A stretch of 24,000 nucleotides of DNA, from contig CALDHF010000250.1 of the NCBI GenBank assembly GCA_937941595.1, positions 6,717-30,716 of the forward strand, written 5' to 3'. Numbering within the stretch: position 1 is the first letter of the stretch; every line of letters starts with the position of its first letter. The notes beneath the pieces are model-generated. The model saw only the letters and a list, made by a program, of their open reading frames with translations. It was not told the DNA's origin and did not search any database. A program made the position numbers and the translations under genes. This DNA is from an uncultured Acaryochloris sp. (GTDB taxonomy: Bacteria; Cyanobacteriota; Cyanobacteriia; Thermosynechococcales; Thermosynechococcaceae). Shown here piece after piece: positions 1 through 8,617 of this stretch.

Positions 1-1082
1 ATGATCCTCAAGAGATGGCACGGATGATGGATTTGAAGACTGGTACGGAGTATGTGGTTAGAAATTGGATTGGTGCGAGCTTGCGTGAAACCTACACCGA
101 CTTGATGGACGCCGCAAGAAATTCTGATCTTATCATCCATGGTGAAGGCGTACTGGCAGCCCGATTGGTTGCAGAAAAATTAGAGATGCCATGGGTGTCT
201 ACGGTTCTACAACCCCTAGCATTTCTGTCCGCCCACGATCCATCTGTGCTACCTGGATTGCCCTCAATTTTTTACCTACCAGGCTTAAACTTCATTGCCC
301 AACGGAGCATTCGTCAACTCTCAAAAATCTTGTCAAAAACTTGGGCAGAGCCCGTTCACCAATTGCGACAAGAGATTGGCTTGGCTCCCCTCAAGGGCAA
401 TCCGTTTATTGATGAAAAATATTCTCCTTATTTGGTGTTGGCAATGTTCTCGTCAATACTTGCCAATCCTCAGCCAGACTGGGCAGCCAATACGGTACTC
501 ACAGGGTTTAACTTCTATGATGGTAGTCAGAGAGAAACACGCCTTCCTCTAGAACTAGAGCAATTTTTGGTTTCAGGTGACCCGCCCATTGTATTTACTT
601 TAGGGTCAGCCGCCGTCATGTCTCCAGGGCAATTCTATGAGGAGAGTATTCAAGCAGCAAAACGCTTAAGCCGCCGCGCAGTGCTACTGATCGGCAAGAA
701 TGTGCCGCCAGAAAATCTTCCAGATGGCATTATTTCGGTAAACTATGTACCTTACTCTCAAATCTTTCCGAGAGCTGTCGCGATTGTTCATCAAGGCGGT
801 ATTGGTACAACATCACAGGCATTACAGGCAGGTCGTCCCACACTGGTGATGCCTTACAGTCACGATCAACCAGATAATGCAGCTAGAGTTGAACGACTGG
901 GAACTTCACGGACGATTGCTCGCAAGCAATATGTCGCAGAACGAGTTGCTATGCAGTTGGGTAAACTCTTAGAAAATCCTAATTATGCATCGAAAGCCCT
1001 AGAAATTGGGGCTATCATTCGAGCAGAAAAAGGGGTTGAGAGGGCGTGTGATGCGATTGAAAAACAGTTCGAATCTGCTTGA
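1..1082 (+). CDS. Glycosyltransferase, GT1 family (MGT/UDP-glycosyltransferase type), 5' end cut by window edge
   Basis: The frame is open from base 3 to TGA 1080-1082 (track ORF 15..1082). The donor-binding C-terminal half is present: PPIVFTLGS ... VHQGGIGTTSQALQAGRPTLVMPYSHDQPDNAARVERLG. The N-terminal half looks too short compared with full-length relatives, so the true start is probably left of the window. Confidence 0.8.
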   Translation, partial: DPQEMARMMDLKTGTEYVVRNWIGASLRETYTDLMDAARNSDLIIHGEGVLAARLVAEKLEMPWVSTVLQPLAFLSAHDPSVLPGLPSIFYLPGLNFIAQRSIRQLSKILSKTWAEPVHQLRQEIGLAPLKGNPFIDEKYSPYLVLAMFSSILANPQPDWAANTVLTGFNFYDGSQRETRLPLELEQFLVSGDPPIVFTLGSAAVMSPGQFYEESIQAAKRLSRRAVLLIGKNVPPENLPDGIISVNYVPYSQIFPRAVAIVHQGGIGTTSQALQAGRPTLVMPYSHDQPDNAARVERLGTSRTIARKQYVAERVAMQLGKLLENPNYASKALEIGAIIRAEKGVERACDAIEKQFESA

Positions 1083-1250
1083 ATTGAACTGGCAGTGCTG
1101 GCAAAACAAAGTCTAATGTGATTTTGTGTAGGCCTCTCTTGGAGGGAACTATTCTTGTTTCTGCTCTCTAAACCTGAAATCAATGAAATTATTACGGCTC
1201 ATTTCTCTAATCTCGCTCTAGGATTGAACATATTCACGTAGGCGCTCAAT

Positions 1251-1568
1251 ATGGCCACAAAAAAGCAATATAAAAATTTCGCAGAATTACTAGCAGGTTC
1301 TGATAAACCTCTACTGGTTGATTTCTATGCGACGTGGTGTGGGCCATGTCGGATGTTGGTACCGATTTTGGAGCAGGTCAGTTCCTTAATGAAGGATAAA
1401 GTCCAGGTCGTCAAAATCGATACGGAGCGTTATCCCGAACTGGCAACGGAGTACCATATTCACGCCTTACCAACCCTGGTTTTATTTAAGGACGGTCAGC
1501 CTGTCGATCGAATTGAAGGGGTATTGCCACCGGAAGATATAGTCAGCCGCTTGCAGCCTCAGCTCTAG
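1251..1568 (+). CDS. trxA: Thioredoxin (WCGPC active site; resembles y-type/TrxQ-like thioredoxins)
   Basis: 105 aa with an ATG start. LLVDFYATWCGPCRMLVPIL ... ALPTLVLFKDGQPVDRIEG is a canonical thioredoxin fold signature. The FYATWCGPC context recalls plastid Trx y, so the subtype symbol is uncertain. Confidence 0.93.
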   Translation: MATKKQYKNFAELLAGSDKPLLVDFYATWCGPCRMLVPILEQVSSLMKDKVQVVKIDTERYPELATEYHIHALPTLVLFKDGQPVDRIEGVLPPEDIVSRLQPQL

Positions 1569-1588
1569 GACCCATAGGAGCGTCTAGC

Positions 1589-2497
1589 TTAAGGTTGCTT
1601 CTTTAAGTCTTTAAGTAAGGAGAAAAAATCGGTTGCTAGTGTTGTTTTTTCTAGTTCCTGACTGCCTAAGAGTTTGAGGACAATGTTAACGTGAGTGACC
1701 ATATCAACGACGCGGGTGAGCATATTATCTTCTCGAAATGCAGGTATTAAGTCTGTAGCGCCCTGGGCCTTGGCCCATTTGAGTTCAGAGGGTAAGACTT
1801 CTGTTCTGCCTCTACAAGTCAAAACAATTTTGAGGGAAGGATAAGCCTCTTGACACCAACGACAAAATTCATAAGGGTTGGGTTCTAAGGTGTCTGCTTC
1901 GACGAGGAGTAGATCCGGCAAACGGCTTTCATTCAGGGCATAGCTATCTAAGCAGTTGATCAGTTCCTCACTGGAGATCAGTTTTTCCCAGATTACCGTC
2001 ACGCCCTGGTAAATCAACAGTTCTTGCCATAGTTTGCCTTGGGTTGCAGAAGGCTGAACCATGAGTACGAGTTTGCTCTTAGTTCGTGGATCAAAAGGTT
2101 CTAGCGCAGCAGATAGCTGAAACTCCATGAAAATTTTCCCTACCTTTAATTGATCGCCATGTTGTAGGCAGGTGGGATGCAAAACCCGTTCTTCATTGAT
2201 AAAGGAGCCATTTAAGCTCGCTAGATCACTAAAATAAAATTCGTGTAAGGGTGTAGAAAAAATCAGGGCATGTTGGCGGGATAAGGTGACATCGCTAAAG
2301 GCGATGTCACACGAAGGATCTCGGCCCATAACCCATAAAACATTGCCCATTAATGTTCGGAAGTAGCCCTGGGGTGGATAAGGAGAAAAGCGAACCATCG
2401 ATTGGGATGGTGTCCAGAATCCACTATCTGTTAGCTCTTGATGAGAGAAACAAGAATTGGCAGGAATATAGAGTTGGGGCTTAGAAACTGCAGACAC
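1589..2497 (-). CDS. FHA domain protein with C-terminal receiver-like (degenerate) domain
   Basis: 302-aa ORF with a GTG start at 2497. FHA signature: VMGRDPSCDIAF..LSRQHALI...SLNGSFINEERV...GDQLKVG. The C-terminal ~130 aa show a receiver-like alternating beta/alpha pattern (KLVLMVQPS, DLLLVEAD, KIVLTC, GATDLIPAF). Confidence 0.82.
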   Translation of the reverse strand: MSAVSKPQLYIPANSCFSHQELTDSGFWTPSQSMVRFSPYPPQGYFRTLMGNVLWVMGRDPSCDIAFSDVTLSRQHALIFSTPLHEFYFSDLASLNGSFINEERVLHPTCLQHGDQLKVGKIFMEFQLSAALEPFDPRTKSKLVLMVQPSATQGKLWQELLIYQGVTVIWEKLISSEELINCLDSYALNESRLPDLLLVEADTLEPNPYEFCRWCQEAYPSLKIVLTCRGRTEVLPSELKWAKAQGATDLIPAFREDNMLTRVVDMVTHVNIVLKLLGSQELEKTTLATDFFSLLKDLKKQP

Positions 2498-2652
2498 TAC
2501 AACAACGAACTCATATCATGCGGAAATCATATGGATGCTCAAAAACTGAGGTGACCTTGAGTAGAAAGGGTCCCCGATTTTTTACTGTTGAAAGTCAATT
2601 ATGGCACGCTAGATTTTGATCGGGTAGTAGACGTGATGAGTCTTGATTCAAT

Positions 2653-2680
2653 AAAAAAATCACCTCCAATTTGGAGGTGA
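2653..2680 (-). terminator. Rho-independent terminator downstream of the DUF4278 gene
   Basis: The minus-strand RNA reads UCACCUCCA-AAU-UGGAGGUGA (perfect 9-bp stem, 2660-2680) followed by U7 (plus-strand A7 at 2653-2659). It lies 54 nt after the stop at 2734 and upstream of the next minus-strand gene. Confidence 0.65.
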
Positions 2681-2733
2681 AAGAACACATGATTATGAGC
2701 GAAAAAGAGTATTACCCTCAATAAGGTTTGAGG

Positions 2734-3177
2734 TTAACTCAGAGCGGCAGGGGAGCGATCATAGCTGTTCCGAAAACTGGGATGGACTTTGCCCTGAATG
2801 TGATTCCAGTAGGAGGCGGCATCCTGATCTAAGCCAACTTCTGTTGCCGTGCGGCTTAAGAGAGTTTGCTGGCGATTTTTGATCCACTGATGGTGAGACA
2901 TCATCAATGACCGCGCCATATTGGCAATTGAGTGATCTTTAGAACTCACAGCAACAGGTGCGGGTCTATAAGCTGGAGTAGCTACAGACTCTTCTGCACC
3001 GGTTTGATAGGCAACCCCGCGATACATCAAGTTTAAGTTGGGTTGTAAGACAGGCACTTTTTTGGGATTTCTAAATCTCCATTCCAATCCGCGATATTGC
3101 CCTACTTCTTCAGTGGGCTGCATATCAACTGCAGGGGGAGTGTATTCGTAGTTAACGCCACGATAAGTAAGTGTCAT
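2734..3177 (-). CDS. DUF4278 domain protein (cyanobacterial YRG-motif family)
   Basis: 147 aa. The N-terminus MTLTYRGVNYEYTPP, followed by QYRGLEWRF and MYRGVAYQ, matches the repeated YRG motif pattern of DUF4278 as I remember it. Confidence 0.78.
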   Translation of the reverse strand: MTLTYRGVNYEYTPPAVDMQPTEEVGQYRGLEWRFRNPKKVPVLQPNLNLMYRGVAYQTGAEESVATPAYRPAPVAVSSKDHSIANMARSLMMSHHQWIKNRQQTLLSRTATEVGLDQDAASYWNHIQGKVHPSFRNSYDRSPAALS

Positions 3178-3449
3178 GATTTCGCCTCTATGCGTATAGA
3201 TATGAGGCGCGTTCCTTCGAGCACTAGCTCTACTTCCGTCTCTTTCCTATGGATACGAGATTAGCGAAAGGAAAAAGATGAACGATTTATTTTCTGTATC
3301 AAATGTAACATTTTTGAAGTTATTTCTCCACTTTTTTACTAAAATAAACATTATTTTTGCTTATGTATCTCGGGTGTGACGGTATTTTATGGCAGTACTG
3401 ATTGAGTCCAAGTGATAATCTAAGGAGTCGTTCCCCTCACTGTGCCCTG

Positions 3450-4085
3450 ATGTCCCTTGCTGACAGTGCTATCCCTGTTGATCTCATCCGGTATGACTCT
3501 CAAGGTCTGGTCCCTGCCATTATTCAAGATTATTTGGATGGCACTGTGCTGATGATGGCTTGGATGAACCAAGCCTCTTTACAGAAAACGATGGAGACAG
3601 GGCGTACTTGGTTTTGGAGCCGCTCCCGGCAAGAGCTATGGCCGAAGGGAGAGACCTCTGGGCATGTCCAGCAGGTGAAATCGCTACGCTATGATTGCGA
3701 TAGTGATGCCTTGTTGATTGGGGTTGAACAGATCGGTGATATTGCCTGCCATACGGGGGAGCGCAGCTGTTTTCATCAGGTGGAGGGGCAGATTGTTGCG
3801 CCGCCTGCGGATACAATTTCTCAAGTGTTTGGAGTGATTTGCGATCGCAAACACAATCCCTCCCCAGACTCCTACACCTGCAAGCTCTTGGCTGCTGGAG
3901 ACAACAAAATCCTCAAGAAAATTGGCGAAGAATCCGCCGAAGTGGTGATGGCCTGTAAGGACGACAATCCCGACGAAATCGCCGGAGAGGTAGCGGATTT
4001 GATCTATCACAGCTTAGTGGCCCTTGCCCATCACAATGTAGACATCAAAGACGTCTACCGTAAGCTGCAAGAGCGGCGTCGCTGA
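3450..4085 (+). CDS. hisIE: Bifunctional phosphoribosyl-AMP cyclohydrolase / phosphoribosyl-ATP pyrophosphatase HisIE
   Basis: HisI part: GLVPAIIQD...[12 protein letters not shown]...[24 protein letters not shown].....[21 protein letters not shown]. HisE part: [28 protein letters not shown]...[13 protein letters not shown]. The track ORF opens at TTG 3402. ATG 3450 ([11 protein letters not shown]...) gives the usual N-terminal length, so I prefer it. Confidence 0.93.
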   Translation: MSLADSAIPVDLIRYDSQGLVPAIIQDYLDGTVLMMAWMNQASLQKTMETGRTWFWSRSRQELWPKGETSGHVQQVKSLRYDCDSDALLIGVEQIGDIACHTGERSCFHQVEGQIVAPPADTISQVFGVICDRKHNPSPDSYTCKLLAAGDNKILKKIGEESAEVVMACKDDNPDEIAGEVADLIYHSLVALAHHNVDIKDVYRKLQERRR

Positions 4086-4087
4086 GC

Positions 4088-5263
4088 ATGAAGCGCGAAG
4101 TTTGGATCGTCTCGGCCATTGCCTTAGTTAATGCCCTCAGCTTTACGATTCTTCTGCCGACCCTCTATCCCTATGGTCGGCAGTTTGGCCTCAATGATTT
4201 TGAAACCAGCTTGCTGTTTTCGATTTTTTCCATTGCTCAATTTATCGCGACTCCTGTAATTGGGCAATTGTCTGATCGATGGGGACGTCGTCCGCTGTTA
4301 CTTATCAGCCTGGCGGGAACTGTGTTGGCAAATCTGATAGCTGGCATGGCCACAGCAGCTTGGGTATTATTCCTGGCCCGTTTTTTAGATGGAATTACCG
4401 GGGGCAATAACTCCGTAGTGCAGGCAGTGATTGCCGATATTACAGATGCCGAGAACCGGGCCCGGGGATTTAGTCTGTTTGGGGCTGCCTTTGGGATCGG
4501 TTTTATCCTGGGTCCCATTCTCAGTTTGGGGGCTCAAGAGATTTCCTTGGGGGCTAGTTTTTTGATGTCCTCTTGGATCGCAGGTGTCGCTTTAGGGGTT
4601 ACCTTCTTTTTCTTGCCGGAAACAGGAGACAAACAGACTGCTCAGCCTCACCACCGCTTCAATCTAGGGTTAAGCAAATTGCTGACAGGACTGATGATTC
4701 CTAAGGTGGGCATTTTACTGTTGATCAATTTGCTAATTGGCACCACCTTTACCATCTTTACCTATGCCTTTCAGCCCTATTTTATTAATGTCCTGAAGCA
4801 AGATACTCAGTCCTTAACCTTAATGTTTATCATCTACGGCGTTTTGGGCGTCTTGATGCAGACTGTGGGCTTACCCCTGCTCACGAAACGATTGAATATA
4901 CTGCTGATTCTATTTTTGGCGCTGCTGATTCGTAGTGTGGCGTTTTTCGCGATGCCAGTGTGGCCCAATGTAGCCTATTTTGTCTCGATTACGATTTTCT
5001 TTTCAGTATTTAATTCCCTGGTTCAGCCGATTATGAATACCCTGATTTCTCTAAATGCTAATGCTAATCAGCAAGGGATGGTCATGGGACTGAATGCCTC
5101 CTATCTCAGTATCTCTAACGGGATTGGTCCCATAATTGCAGGATTACTCATTCGCGACTCTAACCTGGCGAGTTATGGCTATCCACTTTATCTGGCTGGG
5201 GGCTGCACGTTTTTGGTCTTGCTGGTAGCCCTACAGACGCGCAAAAAATATGCCCCCACCTAG
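4088..5263 (+). CDS. MFS transporter (DHA1/Tet-like efflux family)
   Basis: 391 aa and multi-pass hydrophobic. MFS motif A GQLSDRWGRRPLLLISL lies between TM2 and TM3, and ARFLDGITGGN follows. The ATG is 2 nt after the hisIE stop. Confidence 0.88.
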   Translation: MKREVWIVSAIALVNALSFTILLPTLYPYGRQFGLNDFETSLLFSIFSIAQFIATPVIGQLSDRWGRRPLLLISLAGTVLANLIAGMATAAWVLFLARFLDGITGGNNSVVQAVIADITDAENRARGFSLFGAAFGIGFILGPILSLGAQEISLGASFLMSSWIAGVALGVTFFFLPETGDKQTAQPHHRFNLGLSKLLTGLMIPKVGILLLINLLIGTTFTIFTYAFQPYFINVLKQDTQSLTLMFIIYGVLGVLMQTVGLPLLTKRLNILLILFLALLIRSVAFFAMPVWPNVAYFVSITIFFSVFNSLVQPIMNTLISLNANANQQGMVMGLNASYLSISNGIGPIIAGLLIRDSNLASYGYPLYLAGGCTFLVLLVALQTRKKYAPT

Positions 5264-5296
5264 GGCGAGGGCATTCTATTTCACAAGAGTGGGCCG

Positions 5297-6412
5297 TTAT
5301 CCTGGGTGGAAGATAAAACTAACCTTATCTTCTTTACCTAGGGAGATGCGATCGCCCGCCCGTAACCGATAGCGATCGCCAGGACGTAGGGGTTGGTTAT
5401 TGACATAGGTGCCATTGGCACTGCCCGTATCTTCAATGTAATAGCCATCTGGATCGATCCGAATGTCAGCATGTACCCTAGACACCACATCGCTATCGGG
5501 AAAACCAGAGACATCAATATCAGGCGGAATCCGATCATTGGGCTTGCCAATATGCACCAGATTTAAGTTAGTCGGTAAATCTAAGGTTTTTTTAGAACGC
5601 TCATGAAATAGGCTGGCGACTGGTAATTGTAGTTGAGTCGCACCCACAGGCATCGGAGCTGGTGGTTCTGGTATGGGAGGAGTGATGGGTTGTGGCGTTT
5701 CCGAAATCATCGGCTCAGGGGAGCTGGGTGGCTCCTCCTCAGCCTGGGGAGGTGTAAATTCCGTGGTAGGCACAGACATCGATAGGTCTGGTGTGGACAT
5801 TGACGGTACTGATGGAGTCGAAGGTCGTGAAGACTCAGACGGGTCTAGGGACAGTTCTGGTGGTGACGGTGTAGATTCTTCCAGCTCGGGTATTTCGGGT
5901 ATTTCGGGTGGGGTTGGTAATGGCGAGCTGGGTGGCATTACATTTGCCGTGGGCTGTTCGCTCATCTCCACTGCCATGGAGGGAGAAGGAGAACTGGGGA
6001 TTGAAGGTGAAGGAGGACTCGGGGGCGTTACTTCTGTCGGCGCATATCCCAAATTCATATCTGGAAATTCCGTCATTTCGATGTCATCGGGTGGGGCGAT
6101 GTCAGGCACATCAGGTAAGGGTGTAACAACATCCGTGGCGGGGACACCGGATGGTGGATCAAAACTGACCACATCTGTGGCGGGAATGGGTTTACCTGCA
6201 TTCACCTGTGTCGGAGCCATAGCCATGTCCGAGCTCGGAGGTTCAGCGCCGTTCTGAAGCGAGGTGCCACATTGAGAACAAAAGACGGCGTCTTCCGGTA
6301 CCTGAGCATGGCAACTGGGACAAGACGACATCTTGGGTAGCTCTACATAGCAAGCTTCACAGGTAATTGCTCCCTCTGGGTTAGAGTGGCCGCAGTTGGT
6401 GCAGGTAATCAT
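5297..6412 (-). CDS. FraH-like protein: N-terminal double zinc ribbon, long Pro/Ser/Glu-rich linker, C-terminal FHA domain
   Basis: 371 aa. CTNCGH...CEAC...CPSCH...CSQCG are four CxxC pairs. About 200 aa of P/S/E-rich low complexity follow. C-terminal FHA signature: HIGKPND...VSRVHADIR...GSANGTYVNNQPL...GDRISLG. Confidence 0.82.
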   Translation of the reverse strand: MITCTNCGHSNPEGAITCEACYVELPKMSSCPSCHAQVPEDAVFCSQCGTSLQNGAEPPSSDMAMAPTQVNAGKPIPATDVVSFDPPSGVPATDVVTPLPDVPDIAPPDDIEMTEFPDMNLGYAPTEVTPPSPPSPSIPSSPSPSMAVEMSEQPTANVMPPSSPLPTPPEIPEIPELEESTPSPPELSLDPSESSRPSTPSVPSMSTPDLSMSVPTTEFTPPQAEEEPPSSPEPMISETPQPITPPIPEPPAPMPVGATQLQLPVASLFHERSKKTLDLPTNLNLVHIGKPNDRIPPDIDVSGFPDSDVVSRVHADIRIDPDGYYIEDTGSANGTYVNNQPLRPGDRYRLRAGDRISLGKEDKVSFIFHPG

Positions 6413-6654
6413 AGATCTCCAAACCTTGTCATCACTTCATCCAAGATACACTGTGCTATGGATTGTCCGTATGTTGTTGATCACTCGAGAAAAGCCCTGA
6501 TTCTATCCTGATCCCTTAGCCCAAACTCCCGTCCTACCAAAACTAGATGAAATTGGTGATACAGCGGATTGAACTGGCCTTTTCAGACAGGACTAATTGG
6601 GGCAGATCTAGAAGTTCAGAATAATTTAAACCCTGCTCAGTCGTTATCCTTGCA

Positions 6655-7881
6655 ATGTTTATATTGACCCCTGTTCTCCCCCTGCGAGATCCGATTTACG
6701 CTTTTAGCGTGCTGCTCGTTATTTTGCTGCTAGCACCCATTATTGCTAAGCCGCTAAAGCTGCCCGCACTCATTGTTCTCATTGTGCTGGGCTGTTTGTT
6801 GGGGAGCAATGGATTGGGGCTCATTGCTCGTGATCCACAGCTAATCTTTTTGGAAAAGGTGGGGCTACTTTACATTATGCTCTTGGCTGGCATTCAAATG
6901 GATTTGAGCAATTTGCAACGATTAGGGGTGCGATCCCTCGTTTTTGGATTACTCACCTTTGGCATTCCTTTTGGAACTGGAATCGTCTCTGGACAGATCT
7001 TATTGGCAGCAGGCATGATTGCAACCTCTGGATCAGGGCTATTGCTCTCGGCCTTGCTGGGCATTCTGTTTTCGCCCCATATGCTGTTGGCCTATCCCAG
7101 CATGATCCATCTGGGCTTGGCCCAGCGTGAAGCGATTGGAGTGGCTGTTGGGGGAACGGTGCTGACGTCCATCTTGACGTTAGTGGGTTTTGCCTTTATT
7201 CAAGCCAGTGCCCAAGGTCAAATTGGCCTAGAGCTATGGCTGAAGTTGTTGGTGGGCTTGCCCCTTTTGATGGGGATTTGTTTTTGGGGCATTCCCAAGC
7301 TAGGTCAGTGGATCCTTAATCCTCAGGTTGATACTTCTCTGAGCCTGCAGTTTATGTTTGTGCTGGCTACCCTATTTGTCGTCGCTTCTGCAACCCAGGG
7401 GTTGGGGGTCGATTCGATTGTGGGAGCTTTTATTGCTGGATTGGCTCTTAATCGTTCGATTCCAATGGAGAGCGATCTGATGACCCAGATCGATTTTGTG
7501 GGCAACAGCATATTTATTCCCGCTTTTATTGTGTCTGTTGGGGTTTTGGCTAATCCCCATGTTTTTGTCACAGCCCCTGGCAGCTTAGGGATTGCCGGGG
7601 TGATGGTTAGCGGTGCGGTGGTCTCTAAGTTCGGGGCTGCCTGGGCTGCAGGTCAATGTTTTAAGTATGATAAAGCGGAAGTGATGACGATGTTTAGCCT
7701 CACCATTCCCCGAGCAGCGTTAGTGTTAGTGATTGCCCTATTTGGCAAAGAAGCGGCCCTGGTGGATGACAATTTGTTTAATGCCGTGATTGCCTATATT
7801 GTGATCACCTGTTTCATAGGCCCCCTCCTCTCGGCATGGTCTGGTCAGCGCTTAGCTGCTCAAAGCAAGCCCCAGGGATAA
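6655..7881 (+). CDS. Cation:proton antiporter (CPA2 / Na+/H+ exchanger family), no C-terminal KTN domain
   Basis: 408 aa and highly hydrophobic throughout. The N-terminal pattern ...PLKLPALIVLIVLGCLLGSNGLGLI......LEKVGLLYIMLLAGIQMDL is typical of Kef/NhaS-type exchangers. Confidence 0.88.
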   Translation: MFILTPVLPLRDPIYAFSVLLVILLLAPIIAKPLKLPALIVLIVLGCLLGSNGLGLIARDPQLIFLEKVGLLYIMLLAGIQMDLSNLQRLGVRSLVFGLLTFGIPFGTGIVSGQILLAAGMIATSGSGLLLSALLGILFSPHMLLAYPSMIHLGLAQREAIGVAVGGTVLTSILTLVGFAFIQASAQGQIGLELWLKLLVGLPLLMGICFWGIPKLGQWILNPQVDTSLSLQFMFVLATLFVVASATQGLGVDSIVGAFIAGLALNRSIPMESDLMTQIDFVGNSIFIPAFIVSVGVLANPHVFVTAPGSLGIAGVMVSGAVVSKFGAAWAAGQCFKYDKAEVMTMFSLTIPRAALVLVIALFGKEAALVDDNLFNAVIAYIVITCFIGPLLSAWSGQRLAAQSKPQG

Positions 7882-7895
7882 GTCCACTCGTTACA

Positions 7896-8609
7896 ATGAA
7901 AGATGATGTTCTCAGCGCAACTTTTGCCAGCGATTCTATGGCTGAACCCACTCGTCAATCTTGGGATGCAGGCCGGTTTCTGCAAACCCTATCTTACTTT
8001 GAAGAAATTCCTATTCTCAACTGGTTTCAAAAAATGATGCCTGGATCGATGCCCCCGCCCCCACCCCAAGTGCAAGCCAACCTCATCTTTGACTTTCGCC
8101 AATCTACCCAGGATATTAGCCAGCTTTGGGGACCAGTGGATGATGTTGTCATGGGGGGTGTCAGTAATAGTGGTCTGCGCCATGACTCTGGGGTCGCTGT
8201 ATTTACAGGGAAGGTCTCGACGGCCAATTCAGGTGGCTTTGCGTCCGTGCGTACCCGTAACTTTGAACCACCTTTGGACCTATCGTCTCATCAGGGTATT
8301 GAATTACGGGTGAAAGGGGATGGCCAACGCTATAAATTTCTGCTCCGCGATCAGGATCGCTGGGACAGTATTGCCTATGCCTATTCCTTTGATACGTTGC
8401 CCCGAGAGTGGATGACTGTCAGAATCCCTTTTAACCAACTTACACCTGTGTTTCGGGCCAAGACAGTTAATGATGCTGCGCCCATTCAGTCCCAACACAT
8501 TCGCGCCATGCAAATGATGTTAAGTAAATTTGAGTATGATGGTGCCTTGAATCCTCGGTTTAGTCCGGGGGAGTTTCGCCTATCAATTCAGACGATTGGA
8601 GTCTACTAA
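7896..8609 (+). CDS. CIA30 family protein (complex I intermediate-associated protein 30-like domain)
   Basis: WGPVDDVVMGGVSNS...FTGKVSTANSGGFASVRTR...LRVKGDGQRYKFLLRD...W..V.IPF..L matches the CIA30 domain signature. The track ORF opens at 7836 inside the antiporter gene. ATG 7896 lies 14 nt after the antiporter stop, so I prefer it. Confidence 0.8.
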   Translation: MKDDVLSATFASDSMAEPTRQSWDAGRFLQTLSYFEEIPILNWFQKMMPGSMPPPPPQVQANLIFDFRQSTQDISQLWGPVDDVVMGGVSNSGLRHDSGVAVFTGKVSTANSGGFASVRTRNFEPPLDLSSHQGIELRVKGDGQRYKFLLRDQDRWDSIAYAYSFDTLPREWMTVRIPFNQLTPVFRAKTVNDAAPIQSQHIRAMQMMLSKFEYDGALNPRFSPGEFRLSIQTIGVY

Positions 8610-8617
8610 GACAGGCT

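Noticed and set aside
3402-3449. TTG-initiated 16-codon N-terminal extension of hisIE
   Set aside because: The extension ([16 protein letters not shown]) is unlike HisI N-termini. ATG 3450 gives the normal distance to the GLVPAIIQD motif. The longer form is not formally excluded.
5673-6257. 194-aa Gly/Ser-rich ORF on the plus strand
   Set aside because: It lies exactly antisense to the Pro/Ser/Glu-rich linker of the FraH-like gene. CCN/TCN codons read as NGG/NGA on the other strand, which produces a stop-poor G/S-rich shadow ORF.
7836-7895. 20-codon N-terminal extension of the CIA30 gene overlapping the antiporter 3' end
   Set aside because: It would require a 46-nt overlap with the antiporter gene. 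An ATG at 7896 just after the antiporter stop is the simpler model.
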